IMG/VR virus record: IMGVR_UViG_3300008267_006855
Location: 1,192-65,191 of that record
Reading direction: 5' to 3' (one strand)
DNA: 64,000 bases
DNA from: a virus
Lineage: Duplodnaviria > Caudoviricetes
Below are positions 49,201 to 59,365 of the stretch, piece after piece (position 1 is the stretch's first letter; every line of letters starts with the position of its first letter). The position numbers and the translations under genes were made by a program. The notes below the pieces were generated by a model, which was given only the letters and a program-made list of their open reading frames with translations, was not told the origin of the DNA and did no database searches.

Positions 49201-51960
49201 TTAAGTGTTTAGAGAACTTATCCAAATGTTACTTGACATAACGTTTTGTTTAAATGTCAAGCTGGTTGTTAAATTGTTTGCATATGCAGAATTTACACGA
49301 ATTCTTAATGGAGGTATTAATTCACCCAAAACATACTGTGGTTGATCAACAGAAGTTATGGTTTTATATGTATTACCACCATCAAGTGAAACAAAATCAT
49401 AAGGATGCATGAAATCACTAAAGAATATTACTCCATTTCCTGTTGCGATATTCCATGCCTCGGTTAAGTTGGTAATATTTATGTAGTCTGAACCAGAGAT
49501 TACATTAGCGGTTGCAACATTTGGTACAATAGTTGTCCAATTATCTTGTATAGTTATAGTATTTGCAGTTGCAGATCTAATTTTAGAATACAAAATTTCA
49601 TTTCTTCTATTATAGAGTGTCACATAACTATTAGAAGTTAAATATATTGAATTTCGTACATTGGCCGCACCAATATTTGTGAAAACAATGGTGTTGGAAC
49701 TTCCATTTGCCAAATCTGCAACATACGAACTGGTACCAATTAAGGTACTTAATGCATTTACTCTATAGTCCGATTGTTGTACCGTCATACTATAACTATT
49801 TGAATTTCTTAAAATGTTATAGGTCGAATAATTTAAACCAGAAGGATGTAAGAAACCGAGAACTTTTTCTTTATATTTGGCCAAAGCTTCTTCAACTTGA
49901 AGCATATAGGTGTATTCATTGTATATTTTATTTTGCAATACGGAATACGAAGATGGAAATCCGTCTTGATTTGAGTATTGGCCTTCATCAAGGTTGATAC
50001 CTTCTAAGAATACTGCATCGGCCTTTGCATTTCCATTACCATATATTTTTCTGCCGTTTGTAAATTTTGTATCTGTTATGGTATTTGCAAGTCTGACCTG
50101 TGTTGAAACATCTTCACCACCACGCCATATTGAAAAATTATTTGCACTATTTAAAATACCATCATAATCATATGTTCTTAAATTATATACAGCCAACATA
50201 GTGTTTGCATTTGCTGTATAAGTAGAAATTGAATCTACGTTCGCTCTAAAGTATAGATTTGTAAATGTATTTCCTTGATAAATTATATCGCCACTTTGCG
50301 GCATAACATTAATATTTGTAATTAATAAATCTTGTACTCTAAGAGAAACTTCAGGAGTTTCAACATAATTTAAACCAGGATTTGTTATTGTTACTTCTAA
50401 AATTTCACCATAAGGAGAACCAGTAACAGCAAATTCTGCATCACCACCAACCAACTGTCTGACAGTTAAAACTGAACCACCTCCAGTATTACTACTAACT
50501 TCTATATCTGGTAAAAATTTATTATAACCCATGCCGCCTAATGGATAAATTGCACGACCAGCTGGATCATCAACATAGGTAATTTCAGTTATAGCACCTG
50601 TTTCTGGTTGAACCGCTGTAACATTTGCGTATGCACCATATCCTGAACCTCCTACAAATCTTATTTGATCACCAACAATATAATTTTCTCCTCCATCTAT
50701 AATAATAATTGGTGGGAGAATACCTATAGTTGGCAAAGCTGATCTTGAACCTGATTCTGTTGCATAGAATCCTGTTGCGGATGCAATTGTTGTGCCGTCA
50801 TATCCTGTACCAGCAGAAGTGATAGTTGTTTCTTCAATACCGTAAGTAGTTAAAACGGGGAAAGTTAATGCTTCTGCAATTACAGTATTGGCATTTGCAA
50901 ATTCATTGTTTGCAAAATTATAAACACTATTTCCAATTGGATTTGCACCCCAACTAAATGTGGTGTTACCGAGATATGTGTTAGCTTTAGATTGTATTTG
51001 ATCTTCTGGAACATAATATACAATCAAAGGTTCATCATTTAACTTTGTCAATATACTTTTTGCACCAAATCCTGTTCCAGGTGGAGAAAGTAGATTGATT
51101 TCTGTAAATGAACCTGCACGATAACCGTGTCCAGGATAAATTGGTGTTGTACCTTTAATTGTTGCACTTGTTACTTTTGAAATATAAGCATTAGCTGCAA
51201 CAGGTGGGTCAACTGTTGGGTCCAAACCACCATAAAACACCACAGGATCACCAACATCATATGAAACACCACGACTTCTTTTATTTAATTTTACTGTTGC
51301 AACTGATCCAATAATACGAGCTCTAGGTGTATAATTGTTAAATGAATGAATTCTACCATGAACATCAACAATTTTTACATATTCACCTGCTTCAAATGTT
51401 CTTTCAATATTAGATAAAACAATTTTAGTTTCTCTATCACTTGTTATAACATTTTGAACAGTTGCATATGCTTTAGACGTTTCACCAAAAACTCTATATC
51501 CTATTGTTTGTGTCCAAACTGGTGAAGTGTTTGATACTCGAATTGAACGAGTGGCAACCCATTTACCATCAGATGCTTTAAGAATGTAATCTTTTGTATT
51601 GTATAAATTGACATCAGAATTGTAAAGAACTCTGAATAAAAATTGAAATGATGCTGGTATACCTTTAGATTGGTATAATTCTTTTGCAATCTTGATTAAT
51701 CGTCTTTCATCAACCAAAGCATCTTTTGGAAAAAAAGACAAGAAATCATTTTTAAAATACTCTAAAAATTCAGAAATCGTTGTATCTATATCCCAATATT
51801 CAGATATACTTTTTGAATCGTACAAAACTCCACGATTTTCTTCCATCCACTCATAGTAGGATTTTAAGAATAAAACAAAATTGGTATAATCTTCACTACC
51901 ACGAATAAAATCGGGTAGTTGATATGGTATTAATAAAGATGTTTTGTTATTAGCCAGCAT
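49201..51960 (-). CDS. gp7: Baseplate wedge subunit gp7-like
   Basis: QLPDFIR..F..FLKSYYEW, LYQSKG...SF..LFR.LY, ILKASDGKW, LHPSG; lies between gp6 and gp8. Confidence 0.75.
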   Translation of the reverse strand: MLANNKTSLLIPYQLPDFIRGSEDYTNFVLFLKSYYEWMEENRGVLYDSKSISEYWDIDTTISEFLEYFKNDFLSFFPKDALVDERRLIKIAKELYQSKGIPASFQFLFRVLYNSDVNLYNTKDYILKASDGKWVATRSIRVSNTSPVWTQTIGYRVFGETSKAYATVQNVITSDRETKIVLSNIERTFEAGEYVKIVDVHGRIHSFNNYTPRARIIGSVATVKLNKRSRGVSYDVGDPVVFYGGLDPTVDPPVAANAYISKVTSATIKGTTPIYPGHGYRAGSFTEINLLSPPGTGFGAKSILTKLNDEPLIVYYVPEDQIQSKANTYLGNTTFSWGANPIGNSVYNFANNEFANANTVIAEALTFPVLTTYGIEETTITSAGTGYDGTTIASATGFYATESGSRSALPTIGILPPIIIIDGGENYIVGDQIRFVGGSGYGAYANVTAVQPETGAITEITYVDDPAGRAIYPLGGMGYNKFLPDIEVSSNTGGGSVLTVRQLVGGDAEFAVTGSPYGEILEVTITNPGLNYVETPEVSLRVQDLLITNINVMPQSGDIIYQGNTFTNLYFRANVDSISTYTANANTMLAVYNLRTYDYDGILNSANNFSIWRGGEDVSTQVRLANTITDTKFTNGRKIYGNGNAKADAVFLEGINLDEGQYSNQDGFPSSYSVLQNKIYNEYTYMLQVEEALAKYKEKVLGFLHPSGLNYSTYNILRNSNSYSMTVQQSDYRVNALSTLIGTSSYVADLANGSSNTIVFTNIGAANVRNSIYLTSNSYVTLYNRRNEILYSKIRSATANTITIQDNWTTIVPNVATANVISGSDYINITNLTEAWNIATGNGVIFFSDFMHPYDFVSLDGGNTYKTITSVDQPQYVLGELIPPLRIRVNSAYANNLTTSLTFKQNVMSSNIWISSLNT

Positions 51961-53792
51961 TATTTTGTTGTTACTGTAACTGTAATTGCATATGGATCTA
52001 ATTCATCCAATGTTATGATTCTATTATATGTGGAGGAAACGATTCTTTTTGCTGGATATGCAACAATACGCATCATGCCGTCAGTACTAGCCAATGCAGT
52101 TGGTGCAAAATTTTTGAGTGTTACTGTACCAGAAGAATAATCAACTACACCAGCATTTGTATCTGCTGTTGAACTAACCAACATATTTTTTACACCATTC
52201 TCAAAGTAATATGTTTGTAGTGTTCCGTGGTTAGTATCAGATTCTTCAAAATAAACAGCAGGATAGAAGTTAACTTTTGCATCATATTGTGAAAAAGACG
52301 GTGTAATTGTTACTCTTTTCTCACCAAATCCTTTTTCCAATTGATTACCAAAATTAATAATATAATCTAAGTTTTTATTAAATGTTGGTATAAGTCTCTT
52401 TTGTAGATAAAGATCAAAATCAACTGCAACAATAGAAGCATTTAATCCTTTAACATATGTTATTAAATCTGAAAGAATAAATGTTGAATTGAATGTATTT
52501 AAATTTGCGTTACAGAAAGTGATGATACCTTGTCTAACTAAAGTTTTAATTTGTGCAGCAGTCAATGTTGTTTTGTTTTGATCGTACAGAATGTCACTCT
52601 TTAGAATTAAATAAACATAATCAACTTCTACCAATTCTGGTGTTACTGTTACCACAGAAATTGGTTTAATAACATCTTCAAGTATAACTTGTTTTTCATA
52701 GTCTGTCAAATTGTACGCACCTTGTGGTTTGATTGCAATTAAGACTTGACCGTAACGAGGTGGATTATTTTCTTCACCACCCCAAACAGAAACAGCTTGA
52801 ATTGGTATATTAAATTTATTTTGTTGAATAACTGTCATGTAATCATTTTTTGTAACTGCACGGCCTTGAGCTGCGTATGCTTTTGGTGCCTGAAATTTAA
52901 TAGAATCTACACTTTCTCTGTTAGATCCAAAAGAAGCTTTTTGTAAAGGTGTTATTGTTGGGTTGCCGTAACCACTCACACTTTGTGTTATAGTAAAATT
53001 ATTTGCACCTCTGGATGATGTACCTCTTGTAACAATGTATGAAATGTATACAATGTTTCCATTATCTAATTTTTTACCTAATACTCCATCGCCAAATTGA
53101 ATTTCGTATTTTCCATCAATACTTTCTTGCAAGAAAAATACTTTACTTGTATCTTCTAATGTTAGATGGTTTGTTGCAAGTGTGTAAGTATCAGAAGTGT
53201 TATCGATTGATGATTTTTGTACGATAACAGAAATTGATGATGTGTCTACCGTTACTTCTGGTATACTAAAAAGAAGTTTTGGATTTGTTGACAAATTAAC
53301 AACGTATGTCAAACGAGCTGGTATACCTTGTTTTAATGTTACATTTGAAAATAAAGCGATATTATTTGAAGTGTTTACTGTAGTTTCATCAACCGTTACA
53401 AAGTTATAGTTGATACTGTTAACAGCTTCAGAAATAAAATTGGTAAATTTTGGTAATGTTAATGAACCTTCTACCACATTATTAAATTGAATATTTACTT
53501 TGGCTGTTGGTGCAGTATAAGATTGTGGAGAATAATTTAAAAGTTTTGCATGAGAAACAACTGATGCTCTTTGAGTAGCTGTATCTAAAAACATCTCATT
53601 TGCAACCATATTTAAATAATAAGCATTGTATTGTGTATTATACGCCAATATGTCAATTAATGTTGCAAGTGCAGAACCTTCATAGTTATAGTCATTTAAT
53701 ACGTTTTGAGATTTTAAATAAGTTTTTAGATTTTGTTTTATCGTATCAAAATCTAATTCTGTTATTTTCATTTCTGAGTTTGCGCCAGCCAT
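51960..53792 (-). CDS. gp6: Baseplate wedge subunit gp6
   Basis: ELDFDTIKQNLK..DYNYEGS..LAYNT.YNA.Y.NM..NEMFLDTA, FGDGVLG, QGRAVT..DY, WGGEEN.PP.YG. Confidence 0.95.
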   Translation of the reverse strand: MAGANSEMKITELDFDTIKQNLKTYLKSQNVLNDYNYEGSALATLIDILAYNTQYNAYYLNMVANEMFLDTATQRASVVSHAKLLNYSPQSYTAPTAKVNIQFNNVVEGSLTLPKFTNFISEAVNSINYNFVTVDETTVNTSNNIALFSNVTLKQGIPARLTYVVNLSTNPKLLFSIPEVTVDTSSISVIVQKSSIDNTSDTYTLATNHLTLEDTSKVFFLQESIDGKYEIQFGDGVLGKKLDNGNIVYISYIVTRGTSSRGANNFTITQSVSGYGNPTITPLQKASFGSNRESVDSIKFQAPKAYAAQGRAVTKNDYMTVIQQNKFNIPIQAVSVWGGEENNPPRYGQVLIAIKPQGAYNLTDYEKQVILEDVIKPISVVTVTPELVEVDYVYLILKSDILYDQNKTTLTAAQIKTLVRQGIITFCNANLNTFNSTFILSDLITYVKGLNASIVAVDFDLYLQKRLIPTFNKNLDYIINFGNQLEKGFGEKRVTITPSFSQYDAKVNFYPAVYFEESDTNHGTLQTYYFENGVKNMLVSSTADTNAGVVDYSSGTVTLKNFAPTALASTDGMMRIVAYPAKRIVSSTYNRIITLDELDPYAITVTVTTK

Positions 53793-53793
53793 T

Positions 53794-54183
53794 TTATCTA
53801 TTTCTCTCTAAAATAAGTTGCACTTCTATAGGTGTTGTTGAATTTTCCATGTAGAATGACAAGCTCAATGAATATGCGTTTTTATCTGGTTGTGGGTTTA
53901 CGTGTAAACTTTTTATGATTGCTCTAGGTTCATATTTTTCCAACATTGATCTACATTCTTTTTCTAAAGCTATACCAGTCAAAGGTGATATCAACTCAAA
54001 TAAGAGTGCGTCAAGATTGGATCCTAGGTCAGGATTAAAAGGTCTTTCAAATTTTCTGGTAGACAATAAATTGCGAATAGACCTAAGAACTGCTTTTTCG
54101 TTATAACTTAAAGCAATATCTTTGGTTACCGGTTTTTTGGTAAAAGTAAAATCTATATCGGAATATATTATTTCGGTTGCCAT
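53794..54183 (-). CDS. gp25: Baseplate wedge subunit gp25
   Basis: YSDIDF.F...SIRNLL.T...ERPF.P.LGS...LLFE...YEPR. Confidence 0.92.
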   Translation of the reverse strand: MATEIIYSDIDFTFTKKPVTKDIALSYNEKAVLRSIRNLLSTRKFERPFNPDLGSNLDALLFELISPLTGIALEKECRSMLEKYEPRAIIKSLHVNPQPDKNAYSLSLSFYMENSTTPIEVQLILERNR

Positions 54184-54187
54184 CTGT

Positions 54188-54195
54188 TATTTATT
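54188..54195 (-). promoter_or_regulatory. T4-type late promoter (AATAAATA)
   Basis: 4 nt before the gp25 ATG. Confidence 0.6.
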
Positions 54196-55012
54196 ACCCT
54201 ATCCTATCAAGTAGTTTATCAGATCCTACATAATTCTTCAATAAAGCAGATTCTGAGTTACCTATATCTTTGAATTGAATGACATTCTGTACTTTGTCTA
54301 CTGTAGTTTTAACATTTGTGTAATAAGTAATATCGTGGGTTTGTCTGGTTGACAAAAAGGTATTGATATTTGTCATTAATGTGTTAAGAGTGGTTTTTAT
54401 GGAAGATGAAAGGTTTGAACTTTTACTTGTAGAACCAAATTCATCAGTACTAACCGATACAGAATTTTGCACCGTACTTGAATATGGTGCAAAAGAAACT
54501 GCGTTAGCACCAACCTGTGGTCCAACTAAAACACTAGTAAAAGAACCCATCATAACCGAAGTATTAGTAATGTCATCAGTTTGATTTGAAATGTATACAA
54601 GTTGTTTTGAATAATTAACTGCAGGTCTATAATAAGGATTTACCGTATCATTTGGATCCCATGCAGTTACACCAGAAATTCTATTTGTATGTGCCAAAAA
54701 GTTTGTTGATGTCTGCAACAAAGCATAAGACACATTGGCTACAGTTTCTAATCCAGAACAACCATTGGCCCAATAGTAAATATTATTTGCTGTGTTTATA
54801 ATTGTTGATGTATTGGTTGAACAAGGATTTTTAAAATAACCTCCAACAGTATTGTTTGTAACATCCTGTGCCATCCAAGAATCCATAAATGGAGGCATTT
54901 TGTCCAACATATTTAAAGTATTTTGTGGATATTCTTCTACTGCACCATTTGGATCATCAAAGTTGTAACCCAATGTATCATAAAATCCTTCTGCATTTTC
55001 AATTTTTGCCAT
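54194..55012 (-). CDS. Hypothetical baseplate-region protein
   Basis: Likely start MAKIENAEG at 55012 (GAGG upstream); located between the gp5 C-terminal gene and gp25. Confidence 0.7.
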   Translation of the reverse strand: MAKIENAEGFYDTLGYNFDDPNGAVEEYPQNTLNMLDKMPPFMDSWMAQDVTNNTVGGYFKNPCSTNTSTIINTANNIYYWANGCSGLETVANVSYALLQTSTNFLAHTNRISGVTAWDPNDTVNPYYRPAVNYSKQLVYISNQTDDITNTSVMMGSFTSVLVGPQVGANAVSFAPYSSTVQNSVSVSTDEFGSTSKSSNLSSSIKTTLNTLMTNINTFLSTRQTHDITYYTNVKTTVDKVQNVIQFKDIGNSESALLKNYVGSDKLLDRIG

Positions 55013-55022
55013 TATTAACCTC

Positions 55023-55880
55023 TTAAACCATTGGTGGGCCAATTAATGGTGTTGGTGCACCAAGATTGCCCGTGTGTACATGAGAATTATACATAGATAC
55101 GTTTATCACATCAGTCATCCAAATTGCCTGCATAACAGAAAATAGTCCTAATGGTGCAACCACACTACCTATTGGTGCAAAAATACTACCAATAACATGA
55201 ATACAACCTGGAACGGCTACAGGTGTTGCTGGTGTTGGCCAACCGAGTGACAAACCACCAGTTGAAGAACAGAAACCATATGGTCCTGCATACACACCCA
55301 TGTTTGCATTGATACGACTTTCTGCTGTCAATGAATCACATACAATTGAACCATTTACATACATATCAGAGTTTACATCAAGCGAAAAAGCACCAGATAA
55401 TCTTACTGCACCGCCAAAGTTTTCATTTGCTTTGAGTGCAATATCCATGTCACCAAGAAATTCCATTTCACCTTTTGCTCTGAGATTATAATCACCTTGA
55501 ACAATCATGTTATAGTCACCGTCAACCCTAGTTGACATATCACCTTTTACGTGCATATTTGCATCGCCATGTATGGTAATATTGCAAAAACCTTTGATTT
55601 CTACGTTATTTTTGCCTGCAATAATCTGATAATTGTCACCAAAGACTTTATACACCTGGTCACCGTTAGTATGCATCTCAATAAAGTTTTTTGATTTGCC
55701 GTGCTGCAGGCGAATACGTTCTCTGGATGGCGTATCATCCATTTCAAACTTATGACCAGATTCCGTTTGTGTTACACGATTATATGGGTATAATGCAGGA
55801 AACTCTGGTGATTGAGATTCTGGTTCTTGCCATAAACTAGTATCCCTAGGTTCTTTGGGATTTTGCACATCATCAGCCAT
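55023..55880 (-). CDS. gp5: gp5 C-terminal beta-helix spike
   Basis: YPYNRV..TESGH.FE.DDTP..ERI...H, V.GD repeats, terminal HVH motif. Confidence 0.85.
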   Translation of the reverse strand: MADDVQNPKEPRDTSLWQEPESQSPEFPALYPYNRVTQTESGHKFEMDDTPSRERIRLQHGKSKNFIEMHTNGDQVYKVFGDNYQIIAGKNNVEIKGFCNITIHGDANMHVKGDMSTRVDGDYNMIVQGDYNLRAKGEMEFLGDMDIALKANENFGGAVRLSGAFSLDVNSDMYVNGSIVCDSLTAESRINANMGVYAGPYGFCSSTGGLSLGWPTPATPVAVPGCIHVIGSIFAPIGSVVAPLGLFSVMQAIWMTDVINVSMYNSHVHTGNLGAPTPLIGPPMV

Positions 55881-56764
55881 TATGCAGGACCTTTACTGTC
55901 ACTTGGTGAAAAATTTTGAATTATATTTTGTTCTATTTGTGCAGGAGTTGGTATAGTTGATCCAACTTTCTTCAATATTTGATCAGAAGCTCTAAGATCA
56001 GCTGCACTTGTTGGTGAAGTTAAACCTGTTGTTGCAGCACCTGCAATTGCAACCGTATTTGTAACAACTTGTTGAGCACCAACCAAAACTTGTTGAGCTG
56101 CTGTAAAAACTTCTCCTGCGGCGCCGATTAAATCTTTATAACTTCCAGGTGGATCTCCTACACCAAATTGATCAAAAGCTCCGGTAGCATCACCGGCAGC
56201 TGCTGCTTCTTCTGCTAAAACTTCCGACCAAACATCAGCAAATAATGATCCTATTGCTTTTAATATTTGGCCAATACAACCTTTAAACCACGATAATACT
56301 CTAGCTGGTAAACTAAGAATCCATTGTAAAATGGCTTTTAATCTAATGATAACAGCAAGAACATATTTTTGAAAATCTAAAATTGGTTTAATGTATTCTT
56401 TATATATTGTCTTTATTTCTTGCGCTATTTGTTTAAGTTTATTAATCAATGCTGATGGTACACCAGAAGGATCTCCTAAACCCAAAAATCTTTGAATTGC
56501 TCTAATACCAGTTCGAACAGCTTGAGCGATTGCTTTTAGAAACTTTTTAACACCTATGTTTTTCTTTAACTCCAAAGAAAAGTCACAAGAATGTGCTCTA
56601 GATGCATTTGTTGCAGATGTACTACTATTTGCAACACGACCTACGGCTGGTGATGGTATTGTTGGTATTCCAACTACTTGAGAATCGTATGTATAATTTG
56701 GTCTAGGTGCATTGGTTTCTATACCAGATGCATTTGTTGGAGCTAATTTTGCATCACTTGCCAT
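55880..56764 (-). CDS. Amphipathic-helix protein inserted between the gp5 halves
   Basis: 294 aa, coupled on both sides by TAATG overlaps; no lysozyme motifs seen. Confidence 0.7.
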   Translation of the reverse strand: MASDAKLAPTNASGIETNAPRPNYTYDSQVVGIPTIPSPAVGRVANSSTSATNASRAHSCDFSLELKKNIGVKKFLKAIAQAVRTGIRAIQRFLGLGDPSGVPSALINKLKQIAQEIKTIYKEYIKPILDFQKYVLAVIIRLKAILQWILSLPARVLSWFKGCIGQILKAIGSLFADVWSEVLAEEAAAAGDATGAFDQFGVGDPPGSYKDLIGAAGEVFTAAQQVLVGAQQVVTNTVAIAGAATTGLTSPTSAADLRASDQILKKVGSTIPTPAQIEQNIIQNFSPSDSKGPA

Positions 56765-57225
56765 TATGCGTCCCTCTCAGCGTTTGATTGATTAACATAA
56801 ATTGATTCACCGTAAAAGTTTTCTTCACCTTGTACATCTGCATCAGTTGATGATTGTGTGCCACCAACAGATGATGGTGTCAAGTCAAACGATTGTGAAC
56901 TCGATGTGCCAGATCCTGGTCTAGAAGATGCACCTCTTTTTATACCAGGCAGAACACCCATCATGACAGGAAACTGTGCTGCATCACCATCCATGAAAAA
57001 CCCCACAACCCAATCACCAATTCTAGGTGTACTAAAGGTATCAGCGTTATTTATTGGATGCATAGCAGATGCCCAAGGCAAATCTTTGGTTGGTAATTTT
57101 TGTTGATTGTTATCATGCCAACCAAATATTCTAACTTGACAGCGAGCGAGGCCCAATGGATCAACTCTAGTCTCCACAACACCAACCCACCAACGAAAAC
57201 CATCTTTACCTAAAAAATTTTCCAT
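56764..57225 (-). CDS. gp5: gp5 N-terminal OB-fold domain
   Basis: WWVGVVE.R.DPL.L.RCQVRIFGWH...LPWA...G.WVVGFFMDG..AQ.P..MG. Confidence 0.9.
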   Translation of the reverse strand: MENFLGKDGFRWWVGVVETRVDPLGLARCQVRIFGWHDNNQQKLPTKDLPWASAMHPINNADTFSTPRIGDWVVGFFMDGDAAQFPVMMGVLPGIKRGASSRPGSGTSSSQSFDLTPSSVGGTQSSTDADVQGEENFYGESIYVNQSNAERDA

Positions 57226-58760
57226 TAAATCGATTCACCATAAGTATTGTTTCCGTAAAAATCTTCATTGCCTTGTATATCTGCATCTGCGTTAACATTA
57301 TTGTTAACAACATTGACATTTATGGCTTCACCATAAAAGTTTTCTCCACCTTGAATATCTGCATCACCAAAGCCAGTTCGTAAATTTGAAATGTCATTGT
57401 AAAAATCTGTTATGCCAGATAAAGACCTATTTTGTGCAGTATCTTGATCGATATCTGCATGGTCTTGTATAGAACTGTCTTTAGCAACCTCTAAAACTGT
57501 TTGATATACTGATGGTGCAACAATAACGTGCCGCACGGCATTTACCAAATATCTTCCAGAGAAAAATTTATCAAGTTCTTTATTAGTTCCTGTTGATAAA
57601 GAATATAAATTAAATTCAATTACTTGACCTGGAGTAATATTTGGATCTCCTGGTATTGTCATTTTTAAAACATTATAATTTGCCATAGCCAACTCTGCGG
57701 TTCTATGTGGCACAAATTTTTCTATTCTTATATCTTCACCAAGAGTTTCTTTTGATCCATTTATAAATGGTACATTATTTTGATCTTTATTTGTAACTAC
57801 TAATTTAAGTTTACCTTCAGGTGATTGTGTCTGAGTTGCGCCTTTTTTATTTCTTTTAAAATTTACTGCATCACCAGGATTTAAACGTTTTTTATAATTT
57901 TGATTGTAATTGTAATCAGTTACATTAAAGTTTCTTGTTAAAGGATCTATTGAAATTAATCGATTTGAAAAAGTTCCAGAATCAATATCTTCTAACATAT
58001 CATGTGTTTTAATAACTTCAAAATTTAATACACTTACCATGTCAGATTGAAAATTTTGATATTGATCTGGTAAATTTAAAGCTTGATATTTGTATTTTGC
58101 GTATGATTTTTGTCCCATCATACGTGATAACGAATCGAATTGAAAGCCATTTTTATTCTCAAAAAATATCATATCAGCAGTTTCGCCACCGTTGTATAGT
58201 GGTCGAGCATAGTTTGATAACCAACTGATTGCTTCGATAGGTTTTGCTCTTGGTATTACAAAATCATACAAACCACTTGTAGGTAATATGTTTAGTTTTG
58301 ATGTTGGTATTCTTAACTCTAAATTTAGAATTGTTGCAACCATTTCAGATATTGGTTTGTCTTTAAATACTCTCACAACCTTTGACTGTTCAGACAATAA
58401 CAATTCTTCTGAACAAAAATATAAAGTATAGAATTCCACCATCATATTGCCTGAAGGTGTTCTTGGTCCAATCTTGTATACTCTAAATTTTTTCTTTACT
58501 CCAGAGTTACCACCAGAACCTAAACTCTTATCAAATTGCACCTCTATAATTTCATTACCACTTAGTTGTAACTTTTGTATAAGACCTAAAGCATCTGAAA
58601 TTGTAACAAAACCAGAAGTTACAAAACCATATAAATCTTCATAATATGAAAACTCATACATTAACTGTTTAATGTCTATTTGTACATTATTTCCAGTAAT
58701 TAAATTTAATTTTTCAAGAGAAAAATCTTGTGCAAAAGCTAATCCTGAACCAATAGCCAT
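57225..58760 (-). CDS. Baseplate hub protein (gp27-like)
   Basis: YYEDLY...SG...ISD, FFENKNGF.F.SL, IPGD....PG..I, SGRYLV.AVRH; lies between gp53 and gp5. Confidence 0.7.
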   Translation of the reverse strand: MAIGSGLAFAQDFSLEKLNLITGNNVQIDIKQLMYEFSYYEDLYGFVTSGFVTISDALGLIQKLQLSGNEIIEVQFDKSLGSGGNSGVKKKFRVYKIGPRTPSGNMMVEFYTLYFCSEELLLSEQSKVVRVFKDKPISEMVATILNLELRIPTSKLNILPTSGLYDFVIPRAKPIEAISWLSNYARPLYNGGETADMIFFENKNGFQFDSLSRMMGQKSYAKYKYQALNLPDQYQNFQSDMVSVLNFEVIKTHDMLEDIDSGTFSNRLISIDPLTRNFNVTDYNYNQNYKKRLNPGDAVNFKRNKKGATQTQSPEGKLKLVVTNKDQNNVPFINGSKETLGEDIRIEKFVPHRTAELAMANYNVLKMTIPGDPNITPGQVIEFNLYSLSTGTNKELDKFFSGRYLVNAVRHVIVAPSVYQTVLEVAKDSSIQDHADIDQDTAQNRSLSGITDFYNDISNLRTGFGDADIQGGENFYGEAINVNVVNNNVNADADIQGNEDFYGNNTYGESI

Positions 58761-58761
58761 A

Positions 58762-59364
58762 TTATGCCATCAATTCCAAAAGTTCTTTTTCCAACTGGTC
58801 TGCATATGCAGCATTGATTAATTTTATTTTTCTCTTTTTTTCATTTAAATTATACTCATAATCATATACAGAAACGGATCTTTTTGTTATTACAATTTCT
58901 ACTTGGCCTGTTGCTGTTGTAACAATCGATTTTGATTCTACGGTAGAATCCCATGTTTCTTGATCAACCCGCACAGAAAAAGTAACTTTTCTATTTGTTG
59001 TTAATTCTGTTTGAGTTATTACTTTTTCATAATGATTTAAAAGATTTTGTGTATTAACATTGGGATATTTTGATTCCATGTAATTTTTAAAAACAATAGA
59101 CTCTAAAGGCCAACCCCATTGTGCATCTAATATATTGTTTGGCAATAAAACCATCCAAAACCTAAAAGGATCATCATAATATTTGGCTGCAATAATTTCT
59201 GGTGTATCCGATTCTTGTATATCATATTCATAGTAGATTGATGAATTTTGTAATATTGCAGGTCTAACACTTGCTCTTGCTAATAAATTGGTATAAAGTA
59301 TGGAATTACCATTCTTTGTATAAACAACTGTTGGAAGAGTATCAAAATATCTTAATGAACCCAT
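58762..59364 (-). CDS. gp53: Baseplate wedge subunit gp53
   Basis: YF..LP...Y, DTPEIIA.KYY.DP...W.VLL.N, WPL, YDYE...NEKKR.IKL. Confidence 0.9.
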   Translation of the reverse strand: MGSLRYFDTLPTVVYTKNGNSILYTNLLARASVRPAILQNSSIYYEYDIQESDTPEIIAAKYYDDPFRFWMVLLPNNILDAQWGWPLESIVFKNYMESKYPNVNTQNLLNHYEKVITQTELTTNRKVTFSVRVDQETWDSTVESKSIVTTATGQVEIVITKRSVSVYDYEYNLNEKKRKIKLINAAYADQLEKELLELMA

Positions 59365-59365
59365 T

